Part shown: piece after piece, positions 1-11,600 of the stretch | Position numbering within the stretch: position 1 is the stretch's first letter | Layout of the letters: every line of letters starts with the position of its first letter | NCBI GenBank assembly: GCA_044440125.1 | Contig: JBITAJ010000021.1 | Coordinates: forward strand, 128,001-192,000 | Reading direction: 5' to 3' | DNA from: Sedimentisphaeraceae bacterium JB056 | GTDB lineage: Bacteria; Planctomycetota; Phycisphaerae; Sedimentisphaerales; Sedimentisphaeraceae | DNA length: 64,000 bases | Notes under the pieces: generated by a model | Database searches by the model: none | What the model saw: the letters and a program-made list of their open reading frames with translations, nothing else | Told to the model about the DNA's origin: nothing | Position numbers and translations under genes: made by a program

Positions 1-1407
1 ACCAAGCCACCCCCATCCCACATTAATACCGGAGTATGGCACATTACAAATATCATTATGCTCAATAATTATAGAATCGCAATAAAACACCATTATCCCA
101 AGACTGCCGAAATAATCAGTGCCGATATTATCTATCTCATTATTGTAGATCAGGTATCTGCGAGGCCACATATTTTGATTTAACGGCTTATAACAATCAT
201 TACCAACCTCAACAGCAGTTGCGGCAATATCCGAGAATTTATTTGATGCGATAATATTATCATTTCCACCATAATTGAACGTAAGAGCCGTACCGCCAAG
301 ATTATTGAAGTGACAATTTTCTACTTTTATACGATCGCCTGAATGTATCTCCATCGCAGCAGGTATGCGATCTTTCTGCTGGTTATGGCGATAGCGTGAA
401 TCGTGTTTCTTATTCTCAGGCAGAGGTAAAAGCGTATTCGCCTGCACATCAACAAAGCCGGCTATGTCAGGTCTTGTCCAGTTGGTATAGGTAAAACTTA
501 AACCGTCAAAAACAATATCGCGTACTTTTTCATCAAGAGAACCTCCAAGGGAAATAAGCGTCTGAGTTTGAGGGATAACCACCTCGATATTTTCGGGCTT
601 CTGATCTTTCAACGGATAGTAGTACAGCAAACCATTCGAGCGATTATAATACCACTCTCCAGGTGTATCAATAAACTCCAAGGCATTTTCGAGCCAGAAA
701 TCCTTACCGTAATATTTCCTCGCACCCTGCGGCTCATTCTTCAAGCTGTCCCACTCCAGAGGATTTATGACAAGCCGGTCGAATTCTCCAACCGAATAGA
801 CCTTATCTACACGCAGTCTCTTATGCATCCACAAAGTTTTGATTGAAAGCTCAATATCATCAAACGACACAATATTATCAGTAAGCCCTTTTTCAATATT
901 AAAGCCATCGTGAATTATTTCAGATTTAAGCTTATAATATTCTCCAATCTCAGGTTCTCTGGCTCGAACTTTTTTTTCGGAATTGACATAAATCTGTCTG
1001 AAACTCAATCCCTTGCCAATATAACCCTTTAACAGTTTACCTTCCGCTACCTGCCATTGAACATCAAGTTTTTTGCCACCAAATAGAATCGGCTTTTCAC
1101 CGGGAAAATTTCGATATATGACTTTATGAGAATTGAAACCTGAATCGCAAACAGAAAAAATAACAGGAGAATCTATTTCATACACACCCTCTTTGAGATA
1201 TACAACAATATCCTCAAACATACCGGAATTGACTTTAGATACCGCAAGCTTTGCCCTCTCAATGGTTCTAAAACATTCATCTACACTTTTACCTGAAAAA
1301 CTATCATTCCCATTTGAAGGGTCAACATAAAAGACTTCAGCCAAAGCAAAAGAAGTTAAGACAACTGTTATCAAGACAAGAGAAGAAACAACTTTATTAT
1401 AAAACAT
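1..1407 (-). CDS. Secreted right-handed parallel beta-helix protein (GH141/GH120-like), 3' end runs off the window
   Basis: Not in the ORF track because it runs off the window edge. Manual translation from ATG at 1407: MFYNKVVSSLVLITVVLTSFALAEVFYVDPSNGNDSFSGKSVDECFRTIERAKLAV...IVVYLKEGVY, i.e. a signal peptide plus the typical beta-helix enzyme N-terminal motif. Abuts the stop of the upstream gene. Confidence 0.8.
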   Translation of the reverse strand, partial: MFYNKVVSSLVLITVVLTSFALAEVFYVDPSNGNDSFSGKSVDECFRTIERAKLAVSKVNSGMFEDIVVYLKEGVYEIDSPVIFSVCDSGFNSHKVIYRNFPGEKPILFGGKKLDVQWQVAEGKLLKGYIGKGLSFRQIYVNSEKKVRAREPEIGEYYKLKSEIIHDGFNIEKGLTDNIVSFDDIELSIKTLWMHKRLRVDKVYSVGEFDRLVINPLEWDSLKNEPQGARKYYGKDFWLENALEFIDTPGEWYYNRSNGLLYYYPLKDQKPENIEVVIPQTQTLISLGGSLDEKVRDIVFDGLSFTYTNWTRPDIAGFVDVQANTLLPLPENKKHDSRYRHNQQKDRIPAAMEIHSGDRIKVENCHFNNLGGTALTFNYGGNDNIIASNKFSDIAATAVEVGNDCYKPLNQNMWPRRYLIYNNEIDNIGTDYFGSLGIMVFYCDSIIIEHNDICNVPYSGINVGWGWLG

Positions 1408-1408
1408 A

Positions 1409-4400
1409 TCAATCCATCCAATAATCCGCAAGCATCAAAATATCATAAACATCTAAAAGTCGATCTCCGCCAATTGGCCCAATATCTGACTCTAAATCAC
1501 TGCTAAGCCAACCTTCTGCAAAAACGGCAAAATCTTCATTATCAACAATCATATCCCTGTTGAGATCACTGAATACCCGCAACCCTATTTGGTCAAATTC
1601 AATTGCATCGAAACCAAGAGCAAAAACAGGTGAATTAACATCAAGCTTAAAACTGGAAAGCTCGCTGAAAATAGGGTCAGCGGCAACGCTATGCAAATCA
1701 ACACCAACAGCCTGAACAGATGCAAGATAATTGTTTGTAAAATTAGTATCATTCAAAGTATAGAACAAATTATTATCCACAACACAGGTAGATAGCTTAT
1801 TAGATTCATCCTCGTAAAAATTCACAGCCTGCCCGCTGTTATAGAATATATTATTGCTAATAACCGCATTATCAGATGTAGTATGCGGACGCAAAAGAAG
1901 GAAACCTCTCGGTTCAATACCCCAATCAAAACCAGAATCTCCGGGCTGATAGAGATCAAATATAATATTATTACGCACTACATTATACTCTTTGATAATA
2001 ATACCTGTGTATGCACATTTATGGATAATGTTGTTTTCGAGAGTTACATTCGCCTGATAATCATCACATCTTATGCCTCCATGAGCACCAGCGGCATAAA
2101 TATGATGTATATAATTACCACGAACCACATTGCCAAGCCCGGCATAACGCAGATATATACCGTTGCCATCGCCAAGCATTGTACACGTATTATACACCTC
2201 ATTACCCTCAACCAGATTATTATGGCTGGTGGTAATATCTCTTGAGCCAGTTATTGTTATGGCAGTATATGGCGTATCCGCTACAAGATTTTGTTGAATA
2301 AAATTATTCTGAGACTGATAAACAAGAACACCATGCCCATTCCAGTATTTTCTGCCGGGATTAATAATCCGATTATTATATATTTTATTATACTGATTTA
2401 TCAGGCGGCTATCATCAGGACCGCATATAAAAATACCAGTACCGCCGATATTGTCCATGTTGCAGTTACTAACCTCTATCATTCTTGCGTACTGATCCAT
2501 TCTTACAGCAGAAGCGGCTCCATCAAATTGACAACGGTCGATCTTACAACTACTCGCCCATCTAAACCTCACCATAGCATTATTGGAATCGTAAAAATCC
2601 CAACCATGCTGTACCTGCTCACTATACTGATCACCCACTACTTCATATCTGTCCGAACGCTCGAAACGTATTCGCCTGAAAGTTATATTTCTTGCCGCAA
2701 CTGACAGTGACTCCTGACCTTCAACAGATACGTAATTACAAAGCGCAGGTGCTGATATATTCTGCGGCTCGCTTTGCAGAAGCGGCCATAAATAAACCTT
2801 ACCCTTAGCAGTATCAGTAAACCACCTGCCCGGCTGTGTCATACCCTGTGGTACATTTTCTATCCAAACCGATTGGTCAACAACAGGCTGGTCAGTATGC
2901 CTCAAAGGCAGCAGATAATATGTTGCGGGATATAATGTAGTCAATACATTGGAACTGGTATCAACAGATTTAACCGGTAAAATCTGCATAGAATACGGCA
3001 CATCCGCTCGTATGACAAGTTCAACATCTTCTATATTGTCCCAATCACTTAGAACGCCCTGAGGACAATAAAGCCTTGTCTTGGATTTATGGTCATCATC
3101 AACATCAAGAGGGATAAAACCGGGAGCCTGAGCCCTTGGCAGCTCATTATCCCCATCATAAAGAATCTTGAAATCACCAGCTTGCTGTGGCAAATCAGCA
3201 ACCCATAAATTACCTGATGCCGATTCCGGCAAACCTTCAGGCTGCTCTGAAACAGCAAGCGGCTGCCAATCAATTATGCTAACATCAGAATTTACAGAGG
3301 CTTTATGCCCGGGTGCTGAAGAATAAGTTACCCTGTATGGACCAGTACCGCTATCAGCAATGCCCAACTCAAGGGATTTCGTTAAATTATACTGCCCGCT
3401 CATAAGCCAGACAGTGATATTACGAGAAGGATCATTTTCTCGCGAATACCTAACAGCATCTCTTGCCCTTTGCAATGTAGCAAATGGCATATCGCTTGTA
3501 CCGCTATTATTATCACTACCATCTGGTGATACGTAATATTCATCAAGAAATGCCGGTGCAGTAAAGGTCGTAAACTGCCAAATATCACCGGTGGTTACAC
3601 CAACTGAATTACGGCAGTCAATCCTCCAGTAATACTGTTTGCCATAATCAATATTTTCAGGCATAATAGAATCACCGGCAATTGTTCCAATATAAACATC
3701 ACTCAAAACATTATCAGCGTTATAAACCTCAGTATAACTCTCACCAAGATAGACATCGTAGCTCTCCGCCTTAACCGCCTCAGTCCATCCAAGCTTATCA
3801 TATACACTAAGAAAGCCGCCATCCTTCGGAGACAATGCAATTGCCTTTTGCGGCAAAACAGGCTCTTGGCGAGTCCTGAAAGACCAAACAGGTCCCTGAA
3901 CAATTGTACCGGAAGTAAGAAGCTGATCGACCCTCCAATAATAATCACTGCTATAATTCATAGTTGATGGTGAGAATTCATTTGTACTGTATATCCCCTG
4001 CGAAGGAGAAGTGTATGGATCAGAAGCATTAAGAACCTGCTGATAGTCAGTACCAAAATATATTATCTGCGATTCAACCAAACCCTCACCATTTTGCCAT
4101 TGAAGTGTAATATCAGTATCTACTCCTACAGCATTCTCTAACGGCAAAGGCGAACTGGATACGAGCAAATCTTCACCGCTAACCTGCACTTCACTTATAC
4201 CACCATAGCCGCCGCCCCATGAGCCGTTTATTCTCAATGCTATCCAGCGGCATTGAGCATCGTCAATATCCACGATTTCCGGACTGTCATAATCATCGTT
4301 TCCCGGTGCCTGCGGAATTATCACATTTGTTTTATTAAGTGTCCAAGCCTGCGGGTTTTCAATAGGATTGCCAGGGGAATCAACTCTATCAGCCGTTAAA

Positions 4401-5644
4401 ACATCAATGTTTTTGATGCCTCTGTCAGTATAGCCGCTCCAGTTGTAATTCCATATTTTCAATTCTTTTACAAGTCTGCTTTTTCCAAGATCAATACGAA
4501 ACCATTTTGGGAATTCTGCGATTTCACTATCCTGCCACATAGAATAATTATTCTGAGAGATATGAGATTCTCCGCTTAAACCGGAACCATCAACAGCAAA
4601 TACCGCCTCGCGGATATCAGAGTACTCACCTGATGCCGCAGCATCCAAGCCGTTAAACAGCCCGTTTACCGTAAAGCTCCACGTAGTACCTCTGACAACA
4701 AAACCATCAGACCATACAAGATCAACACGCCAGTAGTAATCTCCACCACAACGTAAATTACTCAACTGATAACTGTCAGTTGTAACATTACCATAAAATT
4801 GCGGTGAATTTGTATCAGCATGAACTACACTATCGTAATCATCGCCAAAATACAAGTTACTCGTAACATCTGATGAACCGCTATCCCACTGCAGCAGCAC
4901 ATCAAAAGCAACCCCGCTTTGTCCTGAATAAGGTACAGGCGTTGATGCCTGCACAAACCTTCTTACCGTAGTCTGTCCAATACCATCTCTTGCATCTGGG
5001 TCATAGCTTGCGTAAAGCTGCCCTAAGCCTTCATAAGGCAGGATACTGCTTCCGAAATAACTCTCAATTTCAGCAACACGGTCATACTTAACACTGAACG
5101 TACCATCACCAATATAAATCCTGCTGTATGTAGCGGCATCATCAGCCTGCAGCAATAATCTGTTGCAAGTTACAGTACCACCTAAAAGATACCATTGCGA
5201 CAAACCGCTTCTATACCCAACACGCCAGAAATCATCGCATATAACCTCTCCGTTAAATTGTTCAAAACGAGCCGCATAGAAACTGTCATCGTAGAAATGT
5301 TCATTGCCAAGACTTATACCCGATTTTGCGTGAAGCGTGCCGCCGGTCATTTTTATATAAGTCTGCTTTGAACCGCTGCCAAGACTGGACATACGAAGAC
5401 GTGAACAAGTAACACTATCACCATCGGCAATAAGACAGTAATTACCGGTTATCTCATAATCCTCATCAAAATAAACAATGTCACTATCTGAGGGCAATTG
5501 TGCCGGTATCCAGTTGCTTGTATTGTTCCAGTCATGGTCTCCTGCTGAATCATTAAAATAGTAATCACCGGCTATCAGGAAATTAACTGCGCACAAAACA
5601 GCTAAAAACGGTAAGATTTTCTTTTCTATCGTTTTTTGGGACAT
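1409..5644 (-). CDS. Large secreted multidomain glycan-active protein: N-terminal accessory domain, Ig/Fn3-like repeats, discoidin (F5/8C)-like domain, beta-helix catalytic domain (GH141-like), C-terminal dockerin-like EF-hand pair
   Basis: Signal peptide; three YYWR(V/I)D...W(S/Q)F repeats; WFRIDLG...LKIWNYN discoidin-like motif; YYVSPDGSDNNSGTSDMPFATLQRARDAVR; Asn-ladder repeats; tail DLNRDMIVDNEDF. Confidence 0.8.
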   Translation of the reverse strand: MSQKTIEKKILPFLAVLCAVNFLIAGDYYFNDSAGDHDWNNTSNWIPAQLPSDSDIVYFDEDYEITGNYCLIADGDSVTCSRLRMSSLGSGSKQTYIKMTGGTLHAKSGISLGNEHFYDDSFYAARFEQFNGEVICDDFWRVGYRSGLSQWYLLGGTVTCNRLLLQADDAATYSRIYIGDGTFSVKYDRVAEIESYFGSSILPYEGLGQLYASYDPDARDGIGQTTVRRFVQASTPVPYSGQSGVAFDVLLQWDSGSSDVTSNLYFGDDYDSVVHADTNSPQFYGNVTTDSYQLSNLRCGGDYYWRVDLVWSDGFVVRGTTWSFTVNGLFNGLDAAASGEYSDIREAVFAVDGSGLSGESHISQNNYSMWQDSEIAEFPKWFRIDLGKSRLVKELKIWNYNWSGYTDRGIKNIDVLTADRVDSPGNPIENPQAWTLNKTNVIIPQAPGNDDYDSPEIVDIDDAQCRWIALRINGSWGGGYGGISEVQVSGEDLLVSSSPLPLENAVGVDTDITLQWQNGEGLVESQIIYFGTDYQQVLNASDPYTSPSQGIYSTNEFSPSTMNYSSDYYWRVDQLLTSGTIVQGPVWSFRTRQEPVLPQKAIALSPKDGGFLSVYDKLGWTEAVKAESYDVYLGESYTEVYNADNVLSDVYIGTIAGDSIMPENIDYGKQYYWRIDCRNSVGVTTGDIWQFTTFTAPAFLDEYYVSPDGSDNNSGTSDMPFATLQRARDAVRYSRENDPSRNITVWLMSGQYNLTKSLELGIADSGTGPYRVTYSSAPGHKASVNSDVSIIDWQPLAVSEQPEGLPESASGNLWVADLPQQAGDFKILYDGDNELPRAQAPGFIPLDVDDDHKSKTRLYCPQGVLSDWDNIEDVELVIRADVPYSMQILPVKSVDTSSNVLTTLYPATYYLLPLRHTDQPVVDQSVWIENVPQGMTQPGRWFTDTAKGKVYLWPLLQSEPQNISAPALCNYVSVEGQESLSVAARNITFRRIRFERSDRYEVVGDQYSEQVQHGWDFYDSNNAMVRFRWASSCKIDRCQFDGAASAVRMDQYARMIEVSNCNMDNIGGTGIFICGPDDSRLINQYNKIYNNRIINPGRKYWNGHGVLVYQSQNNFIQQNLVADTPYTAITITGSRDITTSHNNLVEGNEVYNTCTMLGDGNGIYLRYAGLGNVVRGNYIHHIYAAGAHGGIRCDDYQANVTLENNIIHKCAYTGIIIKEYNVVRNNIIFDLYQPGDSGFDWGIEPRGFLLLRPHTTSDNAVISNNIFYNSGQAVNFYEDESNKLSTCVVDNNLFYTLNDTNFTNNYLASVQAVGVDLHSVAADPIFSELSSFKLDVNSPVFALGFDAIEFDQIGLRVFSDLNRDMIVDNEDFAVFAEGWLSSDLESDIGPIGGDRLLDVYDILMLADYWMD

Positions 5645-5668
5645 AATTAATAAAGATGATACCTATCA

Positions 5669-7387
5669 TCAGGATAATTCAAAGCTAAACATATTTATCT
5701 CTGATGCGCCATGAGTTTCAAGGAGTGTAAATCTGATTGCTTTAGCCTGAACGTTTAGATTTAAAGTTACGTGTCTTTGATGGTTATTGTTTTCTTTATA
5801 TGCACACTGCCAACTATCACCATCACTGACCTCAATAGTAAAAGCTTTTGGGAGAGTCTGCGGCACAGATAATTGCTCAAAATTCTTTGGCTTAAGAAAC
5901 TTCATGTCAAGCCCTCTACCAAGATCACTATCAAAAACAAGACGTACATTATTAATATTACGAGATGCCTCAAATTCATACAAAGCATAATCACCTGCAC
6001 TCGCCTTCCAGCAATTGTCATTGCCTGCAACCGGTCTGTCGATACCGTTTCTCAGTGATTCAGCAACCCCATTAGAAACACTAAGAGAAGCCTCCAATGT
6101 CAAAACAGTCTGTTCTCTGACTATGCCTGGTAAAAAGCAATCATCATCGAGAAGCGATTGCTGGAGTTCCCGTATATGGCTGCCGGTAATATCCGAAGGC
6201 ATGCAGCTATACTTTTTAGCCACAGAAGCAGCATTACCTACCGCCTGGCCAAGAAGTGCACAAGTCGCCATTACCCTTGTAGAACTGAGAGCTGTATGTG
6301 TAGCACTTATATTTCTTCCGGCAAAGAAAAGGTTCTTTATATTCCGAGAATAAAGACTCCTGTAAGGTATGCCGAATGGAGATGGTGCTTCATGAAAAAT
6401 AGTCGGATAGCCCTCGTAATTAAAACCGGCAGGATGATGGTCATCCATCGGCCAGCCGCCAAAGGCTACAACATCATCAAACTTTCCCTCACTCCTGACA
6501 TCATTCTGCGTAATAATATAATCACCGACATAACGCCTTGACTCTCTCTTACCCGGAAGGAAACCAACCCATTCAAGCTCCCAGTTATCAGCCCCATGAT
6601 CACCGCTGTTTTTTATATGATCCCAAACTCCATAACATATTTTAAGAAGCTCATCACGACACTTTTCTGTATCTTCAATAGCGTGTCCTTCCCCGCCAAT
6701 CTCAATCCACCAGAAATTCTGTTTTCTGTCAAGCGCATGATCTCTATTAAGCTGCTGATCTGTTTCATATTTGTAAGCCCACGTGGGAGGTATAAATTCA
6801 CATTTGTACTCTCTCTCCCTTGCCTGCATAAGGCAACTGAGCCCCATGGTTTTTTTGTCTGCAATCTCTGGAGCAATATCTTCGTCAAATTCATGACGTG
6901 CCTCTCTTCCAAACCGATACTCTGCTCCAGAAAGCGGCGCGAGGATGGAATCTCCGGAACAATCCGCAAAATACTCAGCTTCTACAAAGTGCCATGTTTC
7001 AGTAGTCATCTGCCACGCTTTTATTGCAATGATAAGATTGTCTTTCATCACAATATCATTGCATGTAGTATTAAGAAAAAGCTCTATATTACTCTCAAGA
7101 ATAACCTTCTCGTATAAAATAGTATCCCATATCGAATAATTTGAATAAGGATTACGATAACGATTCTCAAGCAATATCTCTTCAATTATTCCGGTTTCCC
7201 TATTATTCTCACCATGAGCCCCGCAAACCCACATACGAACTTCACTCGAAGAATTACCGCCAAGAACCGGTCTATCCTGAATGAGAGCTACCCTCACACC
7301 TCTTCGAGCCGCCGCAACGGCAGCACAAACTCCAGCCAAACCTCCGCCAACCACACAAAAATCAAAACGATGTTTTAAATTACGCAT
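5669..7387 (-). CDS. FAD-dependent oxidoreductase (FAD_oxidored family) with C-terminal beta-sandwich
   Basis: VVGGGLAGVCAA dinucleotide-binding motif, LGGNSSSE, DCSGD, RESRR, IPYRSL, STRVM family motifs. Confidence 0.85.
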   Translation of the reverse strand: MRNLKHRFDFCVVGGGLAGVCAAVAAARRGVRVALIQDRPVLGGNSSSEVRMWVCGAHGENNRETGIIEEILLENRYRNPYSNYSIWDTILYEKVILESNIELFLNTTCNDIVMKDNLIIAIKAWQMTTETWHFVEAEYFADCSGDSILAPLSGAEYRFGREARHEFDEDIAPEIADKKTMGLSCLMQAREREYKCEFIPPTWAYKYETDQQLNRDHALDRKQNFWWIEIGGEGHAIEDTEKCRDELLKICYGVWDHIKNSGDHGADNWELEWVGFLPGKRESRRYVGDYIITQNDVRSEGKFDDVVAFGGWPMDDHHPAGFNYEGYPTIFHEAPSPFGIPYRSLYSRNIKNLFFAGRNISATHTALSSTRVMATCALLGQAVGNAASVAKKYSCMPSDITGSHIRELQQSLLDDDCFLPGIVREQTVLTLEASLSVSNGVAESLRNGIDRPVAGNDNCWKASAGDYALYEFEASRNINNVRLVFDSDLGRGLDMKFLKPKNFEQLSVPQTLPKAFTIEVSDGDSWQCAYKENNNHQRHVTLNLNVQAKAIRFTLLETHGASEINMFSFELS

Positions 7388-7432
7388 AAAATCAAGTCTT
7401 TATATCTAAAGTTGCAAATCTTTATGTGGTTA

Positions 7433-8248
7433 TCAATTTTCAGGAAGACCCTTGAGCCAATCCGGCCAGTCAGGACGCGCATCTTCATTATCCAAAGACA
7501 AGGGACCTCGCGTATTGAAACTTCTATTCCATTTTAATGTCCAAAGGCGCTTGATCGCAAGAGGTTTAACACTCTGATCCATAAACAGCATACCGATACG
7601 TCCCTCATGCCTGTCAACACAAAACCTCTGCATCCCAAGTGTATTGCCATTCTGATAATACTGTCCCGGTTGCTCCGGTGGAGCGTCTGTAGCAAGCGGT
7701 CTGGCAATCCAAAAAGCTCCATCAGCAAGCATAGGTATATCACTCGCCTGCGAAACAGTGGATCTTCTCCAATGATCTTTTGTAGAAAAACCGCTGACAG
7801 TATCATAAGGCGGATTGGTTATCCACCAGTTTATACAATAACTGCCCTTTACATTATTAACAATTTCTGTATCTTTTATATGACTACCCGAAACACTCCA
7901 TGCGCCGTGCGAACCATTATTCGATGCTGTAGAATTATTTGTCTCGTATCTTTTTATACCCGGACACAAAAGGATATCCAGATTGTCAATATAATCATCT
8001 TTCAGAGCATACAACCAGCATCCCTTCCATTCATCCGTAGAAACCCAGCCGTTCATAAACTTATTGTCGTTATCATTAGTGTACATGCTGAATATGACAC
8101 CCCATTGCTTAAGACTCGTCATACAAACAGTTCTCTTAGCCTGTTCACGAACCTTAGCCAATGCAGGCATCATTATAGCCATAAGAATGGCAATAATCGA
8201 AATGACAACCAATAATTCGATGAGAGTAAAACCTTTTTTAATTTTCAT
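7433..8248 (-). CDS. Prepilin-type N-terminal cleavage/methylation protein (DUF1559 / H-X9-DG type)
   Basis: [40 protein letters not shown]-terminal RHEGRIGMLFMDQS (variant H-X9-D motif). Start moved to ATG 8248, preceded by a GAGG RBS. Confidence 0.9.
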   Translation of the reverse strand: MKIKKGFTLIELLVVISIIAILMAIMMPALAKVREQAKRTVCMTSLKQWGVIFSMYTNDNDNKFMNGWVSTDEWKGCWLYALKDDYIDNLDILLCPGIKRYETNNSTASNNGSHGAWSVSGSHIKDTEIVNNVKGSYCINWWITNPPYDTVSGFSTKDHWRRSTVSQASDIPMLADGAFWIARPLATDAPPEQPGQYYQNGNTLGMQRFCVDRHEGRIGMLFMDQSVKPLAIKRLWTLKWNRSFNTRGPLSLDNEDARPDWPDWLKGLPEN

Positions 8249-8287
8249 AAAAACCTCACTGTTTTCAGTATTTATCATATTCTAATT

Positions 8288-8351
8288 ATCTTATCACAAA
8301 AACCGCACCATACAACGCCATAATACGCCAAAAAACCGCCCTTCTACGCCA
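8288..8351 (-). promoter_or_regulatory. Candidate XylR/AraC-type operator (8315-8351) abutting a TTGTAT-16-TAAGAT promoter
   Basis: Four GCC-centred hexamers at offsets 0/10/21/31; 8325-8351 matches 19922-19948 at 26/27 positions. Confidence 0.7.
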
Positions 8352-8395
8352 TACAAGGCCTCACACAAAAGCCACCTAAACCCATAAAGCTTTTT

Positions 8396-9865
8396 CTATT
8401 TTACATTTAGGCGTTTTTCCCAATATTCAACATGAGCTTGAGATGTGTCATTATCCAGCATATTTCGCTCAATAAGGGTGCCATTATACCACTTTTGATT
8501 ATTCAAATACCAACGTACTTGCGTTTTATAATCTTCAGGAATTTCTCCGGCATCATCGGTATCAGATATCCATCTGTCAAGCTCTTGGCTCATCTTTTCA
8601 AGAATGCCTTTATATTTATCAACTTCGGCAAGATTGCAGATCTCAAACGGGTCATCTTCAATATCATAAAGCTCCTGATAAGGACGTGCTCTGCCCATAA
8701 ATGCTTTTTGATCATCGTTAAGTTCATTCTTGCTATCGAGATACCTCATAAGATGCAGCATAGGATATTGTATTTCCTTATAGGCACTGAACTGGGTGTA
8801 AGGTATTGCCGGGTAGAAGTTCCTTATGTACTTAAATTTTTTCGACCTCACACACCTAATTCTATCGATTGCCTCACCGCAACGATCTCTTGCAGCAAAA
8901 ATATAGTCACGCTTCTGAGATTTGGAATCAAAAAATGAACGTCCATGGATATTTCGAGGCAACTTTATATTAGCAAGAGTCATACAGGATGGACCTATAT
9001 CAATAGCACTAATCATCTCATCGTTTACACTGCCTCTGTTTATCTTTCCCGCATAGCTTACTATCAGCGGTATCTTTATACCCTCATCATACAAAAACTG
9101 CTTACCTCGCGGCATAGGTCTGCCATGATCGCCAAGAAAAACGATAATAGTATTATCTATGCCATCGTTTTTGAGACGCTCTAAAACATTCCCTACCTTT
9201 TTATCAAGTATCTGCACATCCTCAAGATAGTCAGCCCAATCACGCCTTGAAAGCCGGTGATCAGGATAATACGGCGGCAACTCAACTTCAGCAGTATCTA
9301 TCGGGTTTTCCGTATCATTCTCAAAATCACGATGTGTCTGTTTAAACTGTATCATGCCAAAAAACGGCTGACTTTTCTTTCTTTGCCGCCAATCTGTGCC
9401 ATCAAGTGATGACTGATTATAAAGGAAATTAACATCCATCTTGCCGGGCTTTGAGAGATCATCGGCATCACCATTAAAGATAAAATATCCCTCATCACGA
9501 AAGTAATCGCTTATAAGACGGCAGCTATCCGGCAGAGGCTTTGGCGCAAGATTTCTATGCTGATGAGAATCAATGCTCGTCTGATACATACCGGTAAGAA
9601 AAGCTGAACGGCTTGGCGAACACACACTTGCTGTTGTAAAAGCATTTGTGAATTTCATACCACCTGCGGCAAGTCTGTCAAGATTGGGCGTATGTACAAT
9701 TTTATTGCCGTAACAGCCAATATCAGGAGAAAGGTCTTCAGCGATAAGCCAAAGTATATTGGGCTTATTCGCCACGCTCCCCGTAAAATTATTCTGACAA
9801 CCGGAATTAACCATAAACGATGCTCCTGTAATAGCAGAAAGCTTTATAAAATCTCGCCGTTTCAT
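8396..9865 (-). CDS. Formylglycine-dependent (S1) sulfatase, Tat signal, possible lipoprotein
   Basis: MKRRDFIKL twin-arginine leader (start moved to 9865), [21 protein letters not shown]. Confidence 0.92.
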   Translation of the reverse strand: MKRRDFIKLSAITGASFMVNSGCQNNFTGSVANKPNILWLIAEDLSPDIGCYGNKIVHTPNLDRLAAGGMKFTNAFTTASVCSPSRSAFLTGMYQTSIDSHQHRNLAPKPLPDSCRLISDYFRDEGYFIFNGDADDLSKPGKMDVNFLYNQSSLDGTDWRQRKKSQPFFGMIQFKQTHRDFENDTENPIDTAEVELPPYYPDHRLSRRDWADYLEDVQILDKKVGNVLERLKNDGIDNTIIVFLGDHGRPMPRGKQFLYDEGIKIPLIVSYAGKINRGSVNDEMISAIDIGPSCMTLANIKLPRNIHGRSFFDSKSQKRDYIFAARDRCGEAIDRIRCVRSKKFKYIRNFYPAIPYTQFSAYKEIQYPMLHLMRYLDSKNELNDDQKAFMGRARPYQELYDIEDDPFEICNLAEVDKYKGILEKMSQELDRWISDTDDAGEIPEDYKTQVRWYLNNQKWYNGTLIERNMLDNDTSQAHVEYWEKRLNVK

Positions 9866-9866
9866 A

Positions 9867-11567
9867 TTAATTCTTTCTTTCCACAAAGACAAAACGATAA
9901 CCGGGGTCTTTCTCGCCATAAGGCATCTTACTGTGTTTCAGGCCTCTGAACCACACACGCAACATACCCTTTTTAGTTGGGAGTTCTATATTATCAAACT
10001 CTATCATATCTTTGCCGCTAAAGGGCTGCTGACTTATCACAGAACCATCAAAGCTTACAACAGCCATTGTTTCATCATTCAACAACTGATTCTGCACTTG
10101 TGTCATTCTTATTGAATAAGGACCTTTCCCGGCAACTTCAACTTGCCAGCCTTCACCAAATACCTGATTCCAATATTTGAATCTTATGCAAGGCTGTCGA
10201 TCAGACCCGATAATTATCCGCTCACCGGCAAACCCCCTCGTAGATACAACATCATCAAACCAGAGACTGTACTTCTCTCTGAGCCTCTCGACCTGGTCGG
10301 GGTATTGGCCGCTTATATCAGACCTCTCACCGGCATCTTGAGTTATATTATAAAGCTCGTTACCATTGACAAGTTTCAAATCCTGTTCACGGATACAACT
10401 GTTTGTCCATTTATCCGGCACCGCGGCTCTTTGAAACTTAAAACACAAAGCTCTATCGGTATATTCAAATTTACCGCCTGTAAGCAGCGGCATAAGACTC
10501 ACGCCGTCAAGCTCAAGAGAACTGTCAGATACTCCGCATATTTCAAGTATTGTCGGCATTATGTCAATATTTGCCGCAATCTGATGTATTACTGCATCGG
10601 GGTTTGTTACACCTTTCCAATGGACAAAACACGGCACCCTGATACCACCCTCATAGACACTTCCCTTACCATCACGAAGTCCCATATTGTATCGTTTATT
10701 TTGGCAACCTTCCTTGCGTAATGGCAAATCAATATCGGCGCCATTATCGGAAAGGAAGATTATAACAGTATTATCCTCTATCTGCGTCTGCTCAACAGCA
10801 TCAAGCAGACGTCCGAGATTACTGTCAAATCTGGTTACCATCGCATAGGTTTCCTTGTCAAGAGGACAAAGCCCTTCTATCTCGCTGTAAAACTCTACAT
10901 CAGCATCAGGCACCTGCTTTGCGGGGAAATAATGGGGCAGGAAAGATGGCACATAAGCAAAGAAAGACTTATCGGAATTGCCGTTTGCTTTTATAAAACT
11001 GATAGCCTCATCAAAAAAGATGTCCGTTAGAAAGCCATCAAATTTCTTCTTTTCACCGTTTACATCAAGCACAGGATCAAAGCGAGACTGAGTTCCATAA
11101 AAAGTTACAGCCTCCTCAAAGCCCTGATCAAGCGGACGGGTTGGACAATTATAGCCAAGATGCCACTTGCCGAAAATACCGGTTCGGTAGCCATTATCAC
11201 GCAGAACTTCAGCTACTGTAACCTCATCATTGTGCATATTCATACGGGCTTTCCATGTATCCCAAACGCCCGTTCGGTAATTATATCTGCCGGTCATAAG
11301 CCCTGCTCTGGTAGGAGCGCATACCGGACATACATAGAAATTCTCAAACCACGCACTCTTTTTATAAAGAGCATTTAGATTGGGCGTTTTGACATGTTCA
11401 TTGCCAAAACACTCAAAATCACCATAGCCCTGATCATCAGAAACAACGAGGATAATATTCGGCATTTTCTTTTGCGTATTGGAGTCATTAAAAACCGAAC
11501 AACCGCCGCCTGAAAATGCCACAGCCGCAGTCATACCCGCTAATTTTATAAAATCTCTTCTCTGCAT
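9867..11567 (-). CDS. Arylsulfatase-like S1 sulfatase, Tat signal, possible lipoprotein
   Basis: MQRRDFIKL leader (start moved to 11567), [41 protein letters not shown]. Confidence 0.92.
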   Translation of the reverse strand: MQRRDFIKLAGMTAAVAFSGGGCSVFNDSNTQKKMPNIILVVSDDQGYGDFECFGNEHVKTPNLNALYKKSAWFENFYVCPVCAPTRAGLMTGRYNYRTGVWDTWKARMNMHNDEVTVAEVLRDNGYRTGIFGKWHLGYNCPTRPLDQGFEEAVTFYGTQSRFDPVLDVNGEKKKFDGFLTDIFFDEAISFIKANGNSDKSFFAYVPSFLPHYFPAKQVPDADVEFYSEIEGLCPLDKETYAMVTRFDSNLGRLLDAVEQTQIEDNTVIIFLSDNGADIDLPLRKEGCQNKRYNMGLRDGKGSVYEGGIRVPCFVHWKGVTNPDAVIHQIAANIDIMPTILEICGVSDSSLELDGVSLMPLLTGGKFEYTDRALCFKFQRAAVPDKWTNSCIREQDLKLVNGNELYNITQDAGERSDISGQYPDQVERLREKYSLWFDDVVSTRGFAGERIIIGSDRQPCIRFKYWNQVFGEGWQVEVAGKGPYSIRMTQVQNQLLNDETMAVVSFDGSVISQQPFSGKDMIEFDNIELPTKKGMLRVWFRGLKHSKMPYGEKDPGYRFVFVERKN

Positions 11568-11600
11568 ACGACTTACTTCTTTAAAATTCTGCACCGCAAT

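Noticed and set aside
7433..8248. Type II secretion or type IV pilus operon
   Set aside because: Only solitary prepilin-like genes; no ATPase, secretin, platform protein or peptidase in the window.
8301..8360. CRISPR array or microsatellite from the ACGCCA repeats
   Set aside because: Units are 6 bp with helical spacing, there are no spacers or cas genes, and the second copy at 19912 fits an operator better.
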